Positions 1-8,007 of a stretch of DNA of 32,000 nt are shown here, one piece after another (position 1 is the first letter of the stretch; each line of letters opens with the position of its first letter). The notes under the pieces were generated by a model. That model did no database searches. It was not told the DNA's origin and worked only from the letters and a program-made list of their open reading frames with translations. This DNA comes from Horticoccus luteus (lineage in GTDB: Bacteria; Verrucomicrobiota; Verrucomicrobiia; Opitutales; Opitutaceae): NCBI RefSeq assembly GCF_019464535.1, contig NZ_CP080507.1:4170001-4202000 (forward strand). Reading direction: 5' to 3'. The position numbers and the translations under genes were made by a program.

Positions 1-848
1 CGCCCGGCACCGGCACGGAAGCGAAGGCGTTCGAGACGTTTCGCTTTCTCCAAGCCGATTTCGCCGACGCCGAGAAATTCGCCGGCCTCGTCGCGCATTT
101 TCGCCCCGACTACGTCGTCCATCTCGGCGCGCAACCCGGCGTCCGCCACTCGATGGAAAATCCCGCGGCCTACACGCGCGCCAATCTGGATGGTTTCGCC
201 AGCGTGCTCGAAGCCTGCCGCCGCACGCCGCCCAAACACCTCGTGTTTGCCTCGTCGAGCAGTGTTTACGGCGCCGGCGCCAGACCGCCCTTCCGCGAAG
301 CCGACAACACCGATCAACCCGTCTCCTACTACGGCGCCACGAAGAAAGCCAACGAGCTCATGGCGCACGCCTACGCGCTCAACCACGGCCTCAACGTCAC
401 CGGCCTGCGCTTCTTCACCGTTTACGGCCCATGGGGACGCCCCGACATGGCGCCGACCCTCTTCGCCCGTGCCATCTGCGAAGGCCGCCCGCTCCAGCTC
501 TTTAACCACGGTAAAAACCTCCGCGATTTCACTTACATCGACGACATCGTCGACGGCGTCGTGAAAATCCTCCTCTACCCGCCCGCGACTCCGCCGACGC
601 CGCCCGTGCGCCTTTTCAACCTCGGCCATCACCGGCCGGTCGAAACCGTCTTGTTTGTGCGCATGCTCGAGCAACTCCTCGGCCGCCCCGCCCAACTCGA
701 ACTCCTCCCGCCGCAACCCGGCGATATGTTCGAGACCTGTGCCGATCTCACGCGCATCACCGAAGCCATCGCGTTTGCGCCCAAGGTTTCTCTCGAAGAC
801 GGCCTCCGCCGTTTCACCGATTGGTTTCACGCCTACTATCAATTGTGA
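1..848 (+). CDS. NAD-dependent epimerase/dehydratase, UDP-glucuronate 4-epimerase-like (5' partial, N-terminus upstream of window)
   Basis: Frame 3 is open from nt 3 (..FRPDYVVHLGAQPGVRHSMENP..), so the ORF-track Met at 153 is internal. The extended-SDR catalytic YxxxK is present (YYGATKKANE). RFFTVYGPWGRPDMA is typical of GalE/WbnF-type epimerases. Stop TGA at 846-848. Confidence 0.85.
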   Translation, partial: PGTGTEAKAFETFRFLQADFADAEKFAGLVAHFRPDYVVHLGAQPGVRHSMENPAAYTRANLDGFASVLEACRRTPPKHLVFASSSSVYGAGARPPFREADNTDQPVSYYGATKKANELMAHAYALNHGLNVTGLRFFTVYGPWGRPDMAPTLFARAICEGRPLQLFNHGKNLRDFTYIDDIVDGVVKILLYPPATPPTPPVRLFNLGHHRPVETVLFVRMLEQLLGRPAQLELLPPQPGDMFETCADLTRITEAIAFAPKVSLEDGLRRFTDWFHAYYQL

Positions 849-931
849 TCTTTGCGAAAAGCCCCCGCCGCCTGGGCCCGCCAATGTCTCAGGCCTGATG
901 ATATAACGTTACCCGTTCGCCCGCGCCTTTT

Positions 932-1297
932 ATGAAAACCGTCCTCCTCCTCGTGTGCTCCAACGTCTTCATGACGATCGCGTGGTATGGCCAGTTGAAG
1001 TTCAAATTCTTCGAGGGAAAACCGCTGATCACCATCATCGTCATCTCGTGGGCGGTCGCGTTCTTCGAATATTGCTTCATGATCCCCGCCAATCGTTCGG
1101 GCTACGCGAACGGCCTCACGGGCTATCAACTCAAAGTCATTCAGGAATGCGTCACGCTCTCCGTGTTCGCCGTCTTTGCGTGGGTGGTGCTGAAGGAGAA
1201 GGTCACGTGGAATTACGCCGTGAGCTTCCTCTTCCTCATCCTCGCGGTCTATTTCGCCACGGCGTTCAAGCCCGCCGCAACCCCCGTCAGCCACTAA
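932..1297 (+). CDS. small DMT-superfamily membrane protein (DUF486-like)
   Basis: 121 aa with about 4 hydrophobic segments. The N-terminus MKTVLLLVCSNVFMTIAWYGQLKF matches my memory of the DUF486 family signature. No search was run. Confidence 0.7.
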   Translation: MKTVLLLVCSNVFMTIAWYGQLKFKFFEGKPLITIIVISWAVAFFEYCFMIPANRSGYANGLTGYQLKVIQECVTLSVFAVFAWVVLKEKVTWNYAVSFLFLILAVYFATAFKPAATPVSH

Positions 1298-1363
1298 CCT
1301 CGCCGCCTCCGCGCTTGCGTCGCCCGGCAAACATTTCACCGTCGTTTTTTAACCCAACCGCCC

Positions 1364-2434
1364 ATGTCCAAAGCCGCACCCGCCAAGACCGCTCCCAGCA
1401 ATCTCCCCGCCACTCACGTCCGCGAAAAGAACGTCGATCTCGCGCTCTCGTCCATCACCAAGCAGTTCGGCGAAGGCTCGATCATGCGCCTCGGCTCGAA
1501 TGCCCACATGAAGGTTGAGACGCTCACCACCGGCTCCCTCGCCGTTGATCTCGCGCTCGGCGTCGGCGGTCTGCCCAAGGGTCGCATCGTCGAAATCTAC
1601 GGCCCGGAATCCTCCGGCAAAACCACCTTCTGTTTGAGCGTCATCGCCGAAGCCCAGAAAGCCGGCGGTCTCGCGGCCTTCATCGACGTCGAGCACGCGC
1701 TCGATCCCAAATACGCCCGCGTCGTCGGCGTGAACCTCGACGACCTTCTCGTTTCCCAACCCGATTCCGGCGAAGACGCACTCAACATCATGGAGACGCT
1801 CATCCGCTCCAACTCCATCGATGTCATCGTCCTCGATTCCGTCGCCGCCCTCACCACGCGCGCCGAACTCGACGGCCAGATGGGCGACATGACGATGGGC
1901 TCCCAGGCGCGCCTGATGTCGCAGGCGATGCGCCGCCTCACCGCCGTCGTCAGCAAGACCCAGTGCATCTGCATTTTCACGAACCAGATTCGTGAAAAAA
2001 TCGGCGTGATGTTCGGCAACCCCGAGACCACCTCCGGTGGCCGCGCGTTGAAATTCTTCTCCAGCGTGCGCCTCGACATCCGCCGCAAGGACCAGATCAA
2101 GACCCCCGAAGGCAAAGTCGTCGGCAACCGCACCAAGATCAAAGTGGTGAAGAACAAAGTCGCCCCGCCGTTCACTGAGTGCGAATTCGACATTATGTAT
2201 GACGAAGGCATCTCCGCCGTCGGCTCGCTCCTCGATCTCGGCCTCGAACATAAGATTCTCGAAAAGAAGGGCGCTTGGATTGCCTACGAAGGCAGCCTCG
2301 TCGGCCAAGGCCGCGACGCCGCGAAAACCGCGTTGAAAGAAAAGCCCGAACTCGCGGAAAAGCTGCGCAAAGCGATCCTCGAAAAAGTCACCGTCACCGG
2401 TGGCTCCGACGTCACGGGCGACGCCGCAGAGTAA
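1364..2434 (+). CDS. recA: recombinase RecA
   Basis: 356 aa. Walker [10 protein letters not shown] is present, as are IDVEHALDP, the loop-L2 region [37 protein letters not shown] and IMYDEGIS. This is unmistakable RecA. Stop TAA at 2432-2434. Confidence 0.98.
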   Translation: MSKAAPAKTAPSNLPATHVREKNVDLALSSITKQFGEGSIMRLGSNAHMKVETLTTGSLAVDLALGVGGLPKGRIVEIYGPESSGKTTFCLSVIAEAQKAGGLAAFIDVEHALDPKYARVVGVNLDDLLVSQPDSGEDALNIMETLIRSNSIDVIVLDSVAALTTRAELDGQMGDMTMGSQARLMSQAMRRLTAVVSKTQCICIFTNQIREKIGVMFGNPETTSGGRALKFFSSVRLDIRRKDQIKTPEGKVVGNRTKIKVVKNKVAPPFTECEFDIMYDEGISAVGSLLDLGLEHKILEKKGAWIAYEGSLVGQGRDAAKTALKEKPELAEKLRKAILEKVTVTGGSDVTGDAAE

Positions 2435-2463
2435 CCCTCCGCGCGCTCCTCTCGGTTCAAAGC

Positions 2464-2497
2464 GAAACCCGCCTCTCCCGGCGGGTTTCTTCGTTTG
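2464..2497 (+). terminator. rho-independent terminator of recA
   Basis: 10-bp stem gaaacccgcc (2464-2473) / ggcgggtttc (2480-2489), 6-nt loop, T-rich tail ttcgtttg. It lies 30 nt after the recA stop. Confidence 0.75.
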
Positions 2498-2523
2498 TGG
2501 CTGCACTCGCGCTCGCGACTACA

Positions 2524-2602
2524 GGTGGGCCGTGCGCTCCGCGCGCGGCTTTCGCGCCACGCCATTCGACCAAGCCACCGCGCGCGGAGCGCACGGTCCA
2601 CC
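2524..2602. repeat. long GC-rich inverted repeat (25-bp stem, 29-nt loop)
   Basis: Arm 2524-2548 ggtgggccgtgcgctccgcgcgcgg pairs with arm 2578-2602 ccgcgcgcggagcgcacggtccacc. The inner 19 bp are perfect and the outer extension has one G:T pair. No T-tract follows. Confidence 0.85.
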
Positions 2603-2730
2603 CAGCGCCGCGGCACCGAAATTTGTGCGACTTCACCGCGCTCTGTTTTCGCAGCGCAAACGTCCGCACCCCTCCCTGCAACATCGCACCACTTCCTCTC
2701 CACCCAGCGACGGCGCAAATTCGCCTTGTC

Positions 2731-2744
2731 TAATAATAATTAGA
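2731..2744 (+). promoter_or_regulatory. AT-rich motif TAATAATAATTAGA inside dyad GTCTAAT-N4-ATTAGAC, 24 nt upstream of lyase gene start
   Basis: Read directly. It matches 13/14 positions of the minus-strand reading of 10089-10102. The function (promoter element or operator) is inferred only. Confidence 0.4.
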
Positions 2745-2768
2745 CCCGAGGCTCACACCCGCCCGCGC

Positions 2769-5700
2769 ATGTTTTTCTTTCCCCCATTCCGACGTCGGAG
2801 CCCCTCTTTTTCGTCCTCGCCGCATTTTGCCCCGCACCGGCGTCAACTCGCCTTCGCGGGACTCCTCCTCTTCGTCTTCGTCCTCCCGGCGCTTGCGTCC
2901 AGCCCGCCGCTGGTCCCCGGCGATTCCACCGGCACCGATCCCGGCGAGGCCATGTGGCGTGGCATCGTGATCCCTTACGGCGCGGAATTTCCGCGGCTGC
3001 CCGCCACCGCGAGCCTGCCCAACCCGCGCCTATACTTCACCGGCGCCGATCTCCCCAACCTTCGTGGCCGCGCGGACTTGCCCGGCGCCACACCGGTAAG
3101 CGATCCGCGCGGTTTCCTCGCCGACCGCTGGGCCAAGATCCTCGCGGATGCGAACAAGTGGCTCTCCGCAGATCCCGGCTCCGACGAAGACGACCGCGCC
3201 ACCGCCACCAAAGCCCTCGGCTTCGCGTGGCAACTCACGCAAACCACCACCTACCGCGACCGCGCCATCCTGCTCCTCAAGTCAGCCTTCGCCTCAATCG
3301 ATTCCGACGACAACCTCGTCGCGCACCAGCTCACCAACTACTCGGCGGCCTACGACTGGGTCGCCTCCGACGCTTCGCCCTCCGACCGCGACATTCTCGC
3401 CGCCCGGCTGAAACTCGGCGCCGATGCCGTCTATGGCTATTTGAAAACCGGTGCGCGCAGCCACAACCACCGCTCGAAGTCCGGCGCCGCTCTCGTGTCA
3501 TGGTCCCTCGCCGTCGGCCCCTACACCAGCGGCACCACCAATTCCCAAACGTATTTCGACTACGCGATCGACCAGGGGCTCCGCCGCGTGTGGCGCTATA
3601 TGTTCACGCCGGACGGCGTGTATCGCGATGGCGCCGGTTACTACTGGGTTTATCAAATTTTCCAAACCACGCCCGCGCTCTATCAACTCAAACGCGTGCT
3701 CGGGGTGGACCTCTTTCCCACGCTCCAACCCGCCTTCGAGTGGCAGTTGAAAACTTCCACGCTCCGCGGTTGGACGCCTCCGATCGAAGACGGCGCCTAT
3801 AAACAACTCTGGCTCGTCAGCGTCGCCGGCGCTTACCGCGACACGCCCGCGCCGGCATTTCACGCCACCGCGAAACTCGGCGAACTTTTCCAATGGCGTT
3901 TCTTCAACACCGATAACGGTCCCGTGCGCTATCCGACCACGCGCAACGATTCCGATAGCTGGAACGGCGCGCCCGGCTCCGCCTATACCTGGCCCGACGA
4001 GTTCATTTTCTACGCACCCGACGTCGCCTCCATCGCGCCTGACAATGCGCGCTCCAGCTTCGATCTGGATGGTGGCGGTCAGGGCGGTCCGACGATTTTC
4101 CGCACCGATTGGGGCTTCCGGTCCACGGCGACGCGCTGGATGTATTTCGAAGGCACTCCGATGTCGAACAACCACGACCACGCCGACGCGCTTCAGGTCT
4201 TGTTCGATGCCCAGGACAACGTCCTGCTCTCCGACGACGGCTACGGGCCCAACAAATTTTCGGATCGCGCCGCCTGGGCTCCCGCCACGCAACACAACGT
4301 CGTCACGAAACTCGTCGGTGGCACCGACGTCGCCCTTGGCGATCCGTCGCCCTCGCGCAACGTCATCGACACGCCGTTCTTCCGCTGCGTCGAAAAGGAA
4401 GCCGGCTATGTCGATGCGCCGACGACCGATCGCCTCGCGCGCCTCGTCGCCCTCGCTGGCGGCGATTACCTCGTCGTGCTCGATCGCACCACCGCTCCCG
4501 CCGCGCGCGACTGGCGTTCGCGTTGGTTCGGTCGCGGCACGCTGACGGGCAGCGCGAACCGCTGGAAATGGACCACGCCCGCGAGTTCCAACTGGGGCGC
4601 CAACGCCGAGCTGCACGCGCTCTTTCTGCCGGGCGCGAGTGTCACCGCCACGAAGACCTCCAACACGTTCAATCCCTACCAAAGCACGCTCGAAAATCGG
4701 CCGTCCGTCACGCTCGCGAGCACCGGCGCCGAGGCCCTCGCGCTCGCCGTTTTTTCCCCTTCCGCGACCGGCAGCAACGACGACGCCACGCTCACCGACC
4801 TCGCGCCCGTCGACGGCACGCTCGGCGCGCAGGTCACCCACAACGGACGCACCGATCGCTGGCTCGCCGCCTCCGCCGCCACCGCGCTCGCGCAAGGCGA
4901 CCTCACTGCGCAGGCGCGCCTCGCCTGGTGGCGGGCCGACGCCACGACCGGCGCCGTGCAACAATGCGCGCTCGTCGACGGCACCGAATTGCGCCGCAAC
5001 GGCGCCCTCGTCGCCGCTGCCTCGCGTGCCGTCACCGCCGCCCTCGACCTCTCTTCCAGCGGCGCAACTCAAGTCGTCTTCGCCAACGACACCGCGTCCG
5101 CCGCCTTCACGCTCACGCTCGCCCGTCCAGCCGGTCTCAACGCCATGGCCACCTTCGCCGGCGCGAGCGTTTCCACCGCGATCGATTCCGCCACCGCGGT
5201 CGTGAGCCTGCCGGGCGGCGCCGGCACGCTCATCGTCAATTGGGTGACGCCGCCCGTCGCTCCGCTCTTGAGCATCCCGGGCGGCAATTTCTCCTCCGCC
5301 CAAACGGTCACCTTATCAACCCCAACGCCCGGCGCCGCGATTTACTATACGCTCGACGGCACCACACCGACCGCCTCCAACGGCCTGCTCTACTCCACAC
5401 CCATCGCGATCACCACGACCGCCACGCTGCGCGCCATCGCCTCCACCGCCGCGGCCGGCGAGAGTGCGTTGGCTACGGCGACGTTCATCATTACGCCACC
5501 GACCCCGACCGCGCCCGGCCACATCACCAACCTCTCCATCCGCAGCCGCGTGGGCCCGGACGCCGCGACGCTCATTGTTGGTTTCGTGCTCAACAACGCG
5601 TCGCCGCAACGCGTGTTGCTGCGCGGGGTCGGACCCACGCTCGCCGACTACGGCGTCACCGGCGCCCTCGCAAATCCATCCCTTCGCCTGGTCCACGAAG

Positions 5701-6311
5701 GCATTACTCTTTCGTTCAACGACGACTGGGGCGGCAATAGTCAGATCGCCAGCGTGAGCGCGCAGGTCGGCGCTTTTCCGCTGCCCGATGCGAGCGCCGA
5801 CGCCGCACTGGCGATCAATTTGTCGAGCGGCGCCTATTCCGCACTCCTCACCGGCGACAGCCTCACGAGCGGGATCGCGCTGGCGGAAATCTACGACGCG
5901 AGCGCCCCGCCGGCGCCGCAGTTGACCAACGTTTCCGCCCGCACCCAAGTCGGCGTTAATAACGATGTGCTGATCGCCGGCTTCGTGATCGACGGCGTCA
6001 CCCCTGCGACCGTGCTCATTCGCGGCATCGGACCGACTCTGGCAACCTATGGTGTCACGGGCTCACTCGCCGACCCGCAGCTCACGTTATTTCGCAACGG
6101 CGCATTGATCGCCGCCAACGACGACTGGGGCGGCGACGCCACGCTCACCGCCACGTTCGCCCAAGTCGGGGCCTTCACCCTCGCGGCCGATTCGCGCGAC
6201 GCCGCCTTGATCGCCACCCTCCCCCCAGGCGCATACACCGCACAAGTCGCCGGCGCCGACGGCACCACCGGCGTGGCGCTGGTGGAAGTTTACCTCGTGC
6301 CCGCGCCGTAA
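2769..6311 (+). CDS. secreted multidomain heparinase II/III-like polysaccharide lyase (lyase core + chitobiase/hexosaminidase-C-like domain + two copies of an unnamed ~125-aa C-terminal module)
   Basis: The start was moved to ATG 2769 (MFFFPPFRRR..LLLFVFVLPALA signal peptide), because the ORF-track start at 2400 overlaps recA and its terminator. The heparinase II/III-type His cluster NNHDHADALQVLFDA..LSDDGYGP is present. GGNFSSAQTVTLSTPTPGAAIYYTLDGTTPT (about 5265-5460) resembles a CHB_HEX_C/Fn3-associated domain. The tandem C-terminal module spans 5523-6308. Confidence 0.8.
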   Translation: MFFFPPFRRRSPSFSSSPHFAPHRRQLAFAGLLLFVFVLPALASSPPLVPGDSTGTDPGEAMWRGIVIPYGAEFPRLPATASLPNPRLYFTGADLPNLRGRADLPGATPVSDPRGFLADRWAKILADANKWLSADPGSDEDDRATATKALGFAWQLTQTTTYRDRAILLLKSAFASIDSDDNLVAHQLTNYSAAYDWVASDASPSDRDILAARLKLGADAVYGYLKTGARSHNHRSKSGAALVSWSLAVGPYTSGTTNSQTYFDYAIDQGLRRVWRYMFTPDGVYRDGAGYYWVYQIFQTTPALYQLKRVLGVDLFPTLQPAFEWQLKTSTLRGWTPPIEDGAYKQLWLVSVAGAYRDTPAPAFHATAKLGELFQWRFFNTDNGPVRYPTTRNDSDSWNGAPGSAYTWPDEFIFYAPDVASIAPDNARSSFDLDGGGQGGPTIFRTDWGFRSTATRWMYFEGTPMSNNHDHADALQVLFDAQDNVLLSDDGYGPNKFSDRAAWAPATQHNVVTKLVGGTDVALGDPSPSRNVIDTPFFRCVEKEAGYVDAPTTDRLARLVALAGGDYLVVLDRTTAPAARDWRSRWFGRGTLTGSANRWKWTTPASSNWGANAELHALFLPGASVTATKTSNTFNPYQSTLENRPSVTLASTGAEALALAVFSPSATGSNDDATLTDLAPVDGTLGAQVTHNGRTDRWLAASAATALAQGDLTAQARLAWWRADATTGAVQQCALVDGTELRRNGALVAAASRAVTAALDLSSSGATQVVFANDTASAAFTLTLARPAGLNAMATFAGASVSTAIDSATAVVSLPGGAGTLIVNWVTPPVAPLLSIPGGNFSSAQTVTLSTPTPGAAIYYTLDGTTPTASNGLLYSTPIAITTTATLRAIASTAAAGESALATATFIITPPTPTAPGHITNLSIRSRVGPDAATLIVGFVLNNASPQRVLLRGVGPTLADYGVTGALANPSLRLVHEGITLSFNDDWGGNSQIASVSAQVGAFPLPDASADAALAINLSSGAYSALLTGDSLTSGIALAEIYDASAPPAPQLTNVSARTQVGVNNDVLIAGFVIDGVTPATVLIRGIGPTLATYGVTGSLADPQLTLFRNGALIAANDDWGGDATLTATFAQVGAFTLAADSRDAALIATLPPGAYTAQVAGADGTTGVALVEVYLVPAP
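5523..6308 (+). other. tandem pair of unnamed ~125-aa C-terminal modules (Y-module) in the lyase
   Basis: Copy 1 starts at ITNLSIRSRVG (5523) and copy 2 at LTNVSARTQVG (5922). Shared motifs are N(L/V)S.R, LI(V/A)GFV, VL(L/I)RG(V/I)GPTL, (L/A)(A)(N/D)P.L, NDDWGG, QVGAF, DAAL, GAY(S/T)A and (E)(I/V)Y. Two further copies occur at 29210-29974. Confidence 0.8.
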
Positions 6312-6330
6312 CCTGCGAGACTGCGCGCCC

Positions 6331-7104
6331 GTGAACACTCCGGCGGTTGCGCTCTTTCAGTTCGATGCGTGGCAATGGACGCTGCTCGCCATTGGCGCGG
6401 TCCTGATGGGCGTTTCCAAGACGGGAGTCAGCGGCCTGAGCGTGCTGTTCGCCGGCCTTTTCGCCAGTCTCATGCCGGCAAAAGTCGCGAGCGGTTTTGC
6501 GCTCCCGCTTTTGATGCTCGGTGATTTCATCGCCGTCGCGTCCTATCGCCAGCACACGCGCTGGCAGCACCTCTGGCGCATGTTCCCCGCCACCGCGCTC
6601 GGCGTGATCGTCGGCTATTTCGCGATGTCGCGCATCACCGATCGCCAGGCGACGACACTCGTCGGCTCGATCATCTGCTCCCTCGTGGCGCTGCATGCAT
6701 GGCGGCGCTGGCGGTTGAGTCGCGGCGAACTCGGTGAACACGGCTGGTGGTTTGCGGCCACGATCGGCGTGCTCGCCGGCTTCGCCACCTTGATCGCCAA
6801 CGCCGCCGGCCCGCTGATGGCGATCTACTTCCTCGCGCTGCGCCTGCCGAAAATGGAATTCATGGGCACCGGCGCGACGTTTTATCTGCTGATGAATTTC
6901 TTCAAACTGCCGTTCATGATTCATCTCGGGCTGATCACGCCCGCCTCCCTTTCCGCCGCCATGTGGCTCACCCCCGCCGTGGTGGCCGGCACGCTCCTCG
7001 GACGCGTCATTCTTCAGCGCATCAACCAAAAGTGGTTCGAGTCGACGATCCTCGCGCTCGCCGTGCTGGCGGGCCTCAACGTGCTGCGGCAAGCGTGGCA
7101 TTGA
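6331..7104 (+). CDS. TauE/SafE-family (sulfite/organosulfonate exporter-like) membrane permease
   Basis: 257 aa, GTG start 19 nt after the lyase stop, about 7-8 hydrophobic helices. LMGVSKTGVSGLSVLFAGLFA and the repeated half-architecture are typical of the TauE/SafE family, recognised from memory. Confidence 0.7.
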   Translation: MNTPAVALFQFDAWQWTLLAIGAVLMGVSKTGVSGLSVLFAGLFASLMPAKVASGFALPLLMLGDFIAVASYRQHTRWQHLWRMFPATALGVIVGYFAMSRITDRQATTLVGSIICSLVALHAWRRWRLSRGELGEHGWWFAATIGVLAGFATLIANAAGPLMAIYFLALRLPKMEFMGTGATFYLLMNFFKLPFMIHLGLITPASLSAAMWLTPAVVAGTLLGRVILQRINQKWFESTILALAVLAGLNVLRQAWH

Positions 7105-7128
7105 CGCGCGCCGCCCCTTTTCAACGAC

Positions 7129-7923
7129 ATGTTCCAACGCGGAATCTCCACCCTCGGCTGCGCCGAGTTCACCCTGGCGCAAACGCTCGCGCTCGCGGCG
7201 CGCCATCGCCTCGACGCCGTCGAATTACGCGCGCTCGAAAACACGACCGATCTGCCCACGCTCTTCGCCGCGCGTCACGCTACGCCGGCGAAATTCGCCG
7301 CGGCGCTCACGGCAACCCCCGTGCGCGTAGTCGCGTTTGACACGTCATTCAAATTGATCGGCAGCAACGCCAGTGATCGCGAGGCGCTGCTGGCTTTCGT
7401 GCCGTGGGCGGAAGCCGCCGGCGTGCGTTGGCTGCGCGTGTTCGACGGCGGCCAAACCGCCGATAGAGCGGAGCTGGCGGAGGCGGTCGCGAATGTTCGC
7501 TGGTGGCAGAAATTGCGTCGCGCGAACGGTTGGAAAATCGACTTGATGGTGGAAACCCACGACGCGTTGACGACTACGCCCGCCATCCTGCGCTTCGTCG
7601 CCGCGGCCGCGGATTGCGGGATCTTGTGGGACGCCCACCATACGTGGAAAAAGGGTGGCGAGGATCCTGTCGCCACGTGGCGGGCGATCGCCTCGCACGT
7701 TGTCCACGTGCACGTCAAAGACAGCGTGGACCGCCCATCCGCGCGCCACCCGTTCACCTACGTGCTACCCGGTGACGGCGAGTTCCCCATCGCCCCACTC
7801 CTCACCGCCCTGCGCGCCGATTTTTCGGGCGTGGTGAGCCTCGAGTGGGAGCGCCTTTGGCATCCTTACCTGCCGCCGCTCGACGACGCGTTGACCGCCG
7901 CGGCTGCCCGACATTGGTGGTGA
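7129..7923 (+). CDS. sugar phosphate isomerase/epimerase (xylose-isomerase-like TIM barrel)
   Basis: 264 aa. GISTLGC..L..A...LDAVELR at the N-terminus and internal ETH/..HVHVKD metal-ligand-like motifs fit the AP_endonuc_2/xylose-isomerase-like TIM barrel family. It starts 24 nt after the previous stop. Confidence 0.75.
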   Translation: MFQRGISTLGCAEFTLAQTLALAARHRLDAVELRALENTTDLPTLFAARHATPAKFAAALTATPVRVVAFDTSFKLIGSNASDREALLAFVPWAEAAGVRWLRVFDGGQTADRAELAEAVANVRWWQKLRRANGWKIDLMVETHDALTTTPAILRFVAAAADCGILWDAHHTWKKGGEDPVATWRAIASHVVHVHVKDSVDRPSARHPFTYVLPGDGEFPIAPLLTALRADFSGVVSLEWERLWHPYLPPLDDALTAAAARHWW

Positions 7924-8007
7924 ATCCCGCGAACCGCCGAGGAGCCGGCAGACGAAGCGCCGAGGTTTTTTTCTACCGGCGCCGTGCGCCAACGGCGGCA
8001 CGACCGC

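Noticed and set aside
1298-1363. Looked for a LexA/SOS box upstream of recA (CTGT-N8-ACAG, GAAC-N4-GTTC and TGTTC-N4-GAACA types)
   Set aside because: None of these patterns is present in the 66-nt recA upstream region, so no regulatory claim is made.
2400-2768. The ORF-track start of the 1303-aa ORF, giving a 123-aa N-terminal extension
   Set aside because: The extension overlaps the recA 3' end, the recA terminator and the large hairpin. It is Arg/Pro-rich low-complexity sequence. A proper signal peptide begins at the in-frame ATG 2769.
7935-7972. T7 run (7966-7972) between the convergent isomerase and alginate-lyase genes as a possible intrinsic terminator
   Set aside because: Only 4-5 bp stems (cggc/gccg, cgccg/cggcg) can be drawn. 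The flanking cgccgagg copies are direct repeats, not inverted. This is too weak to call.
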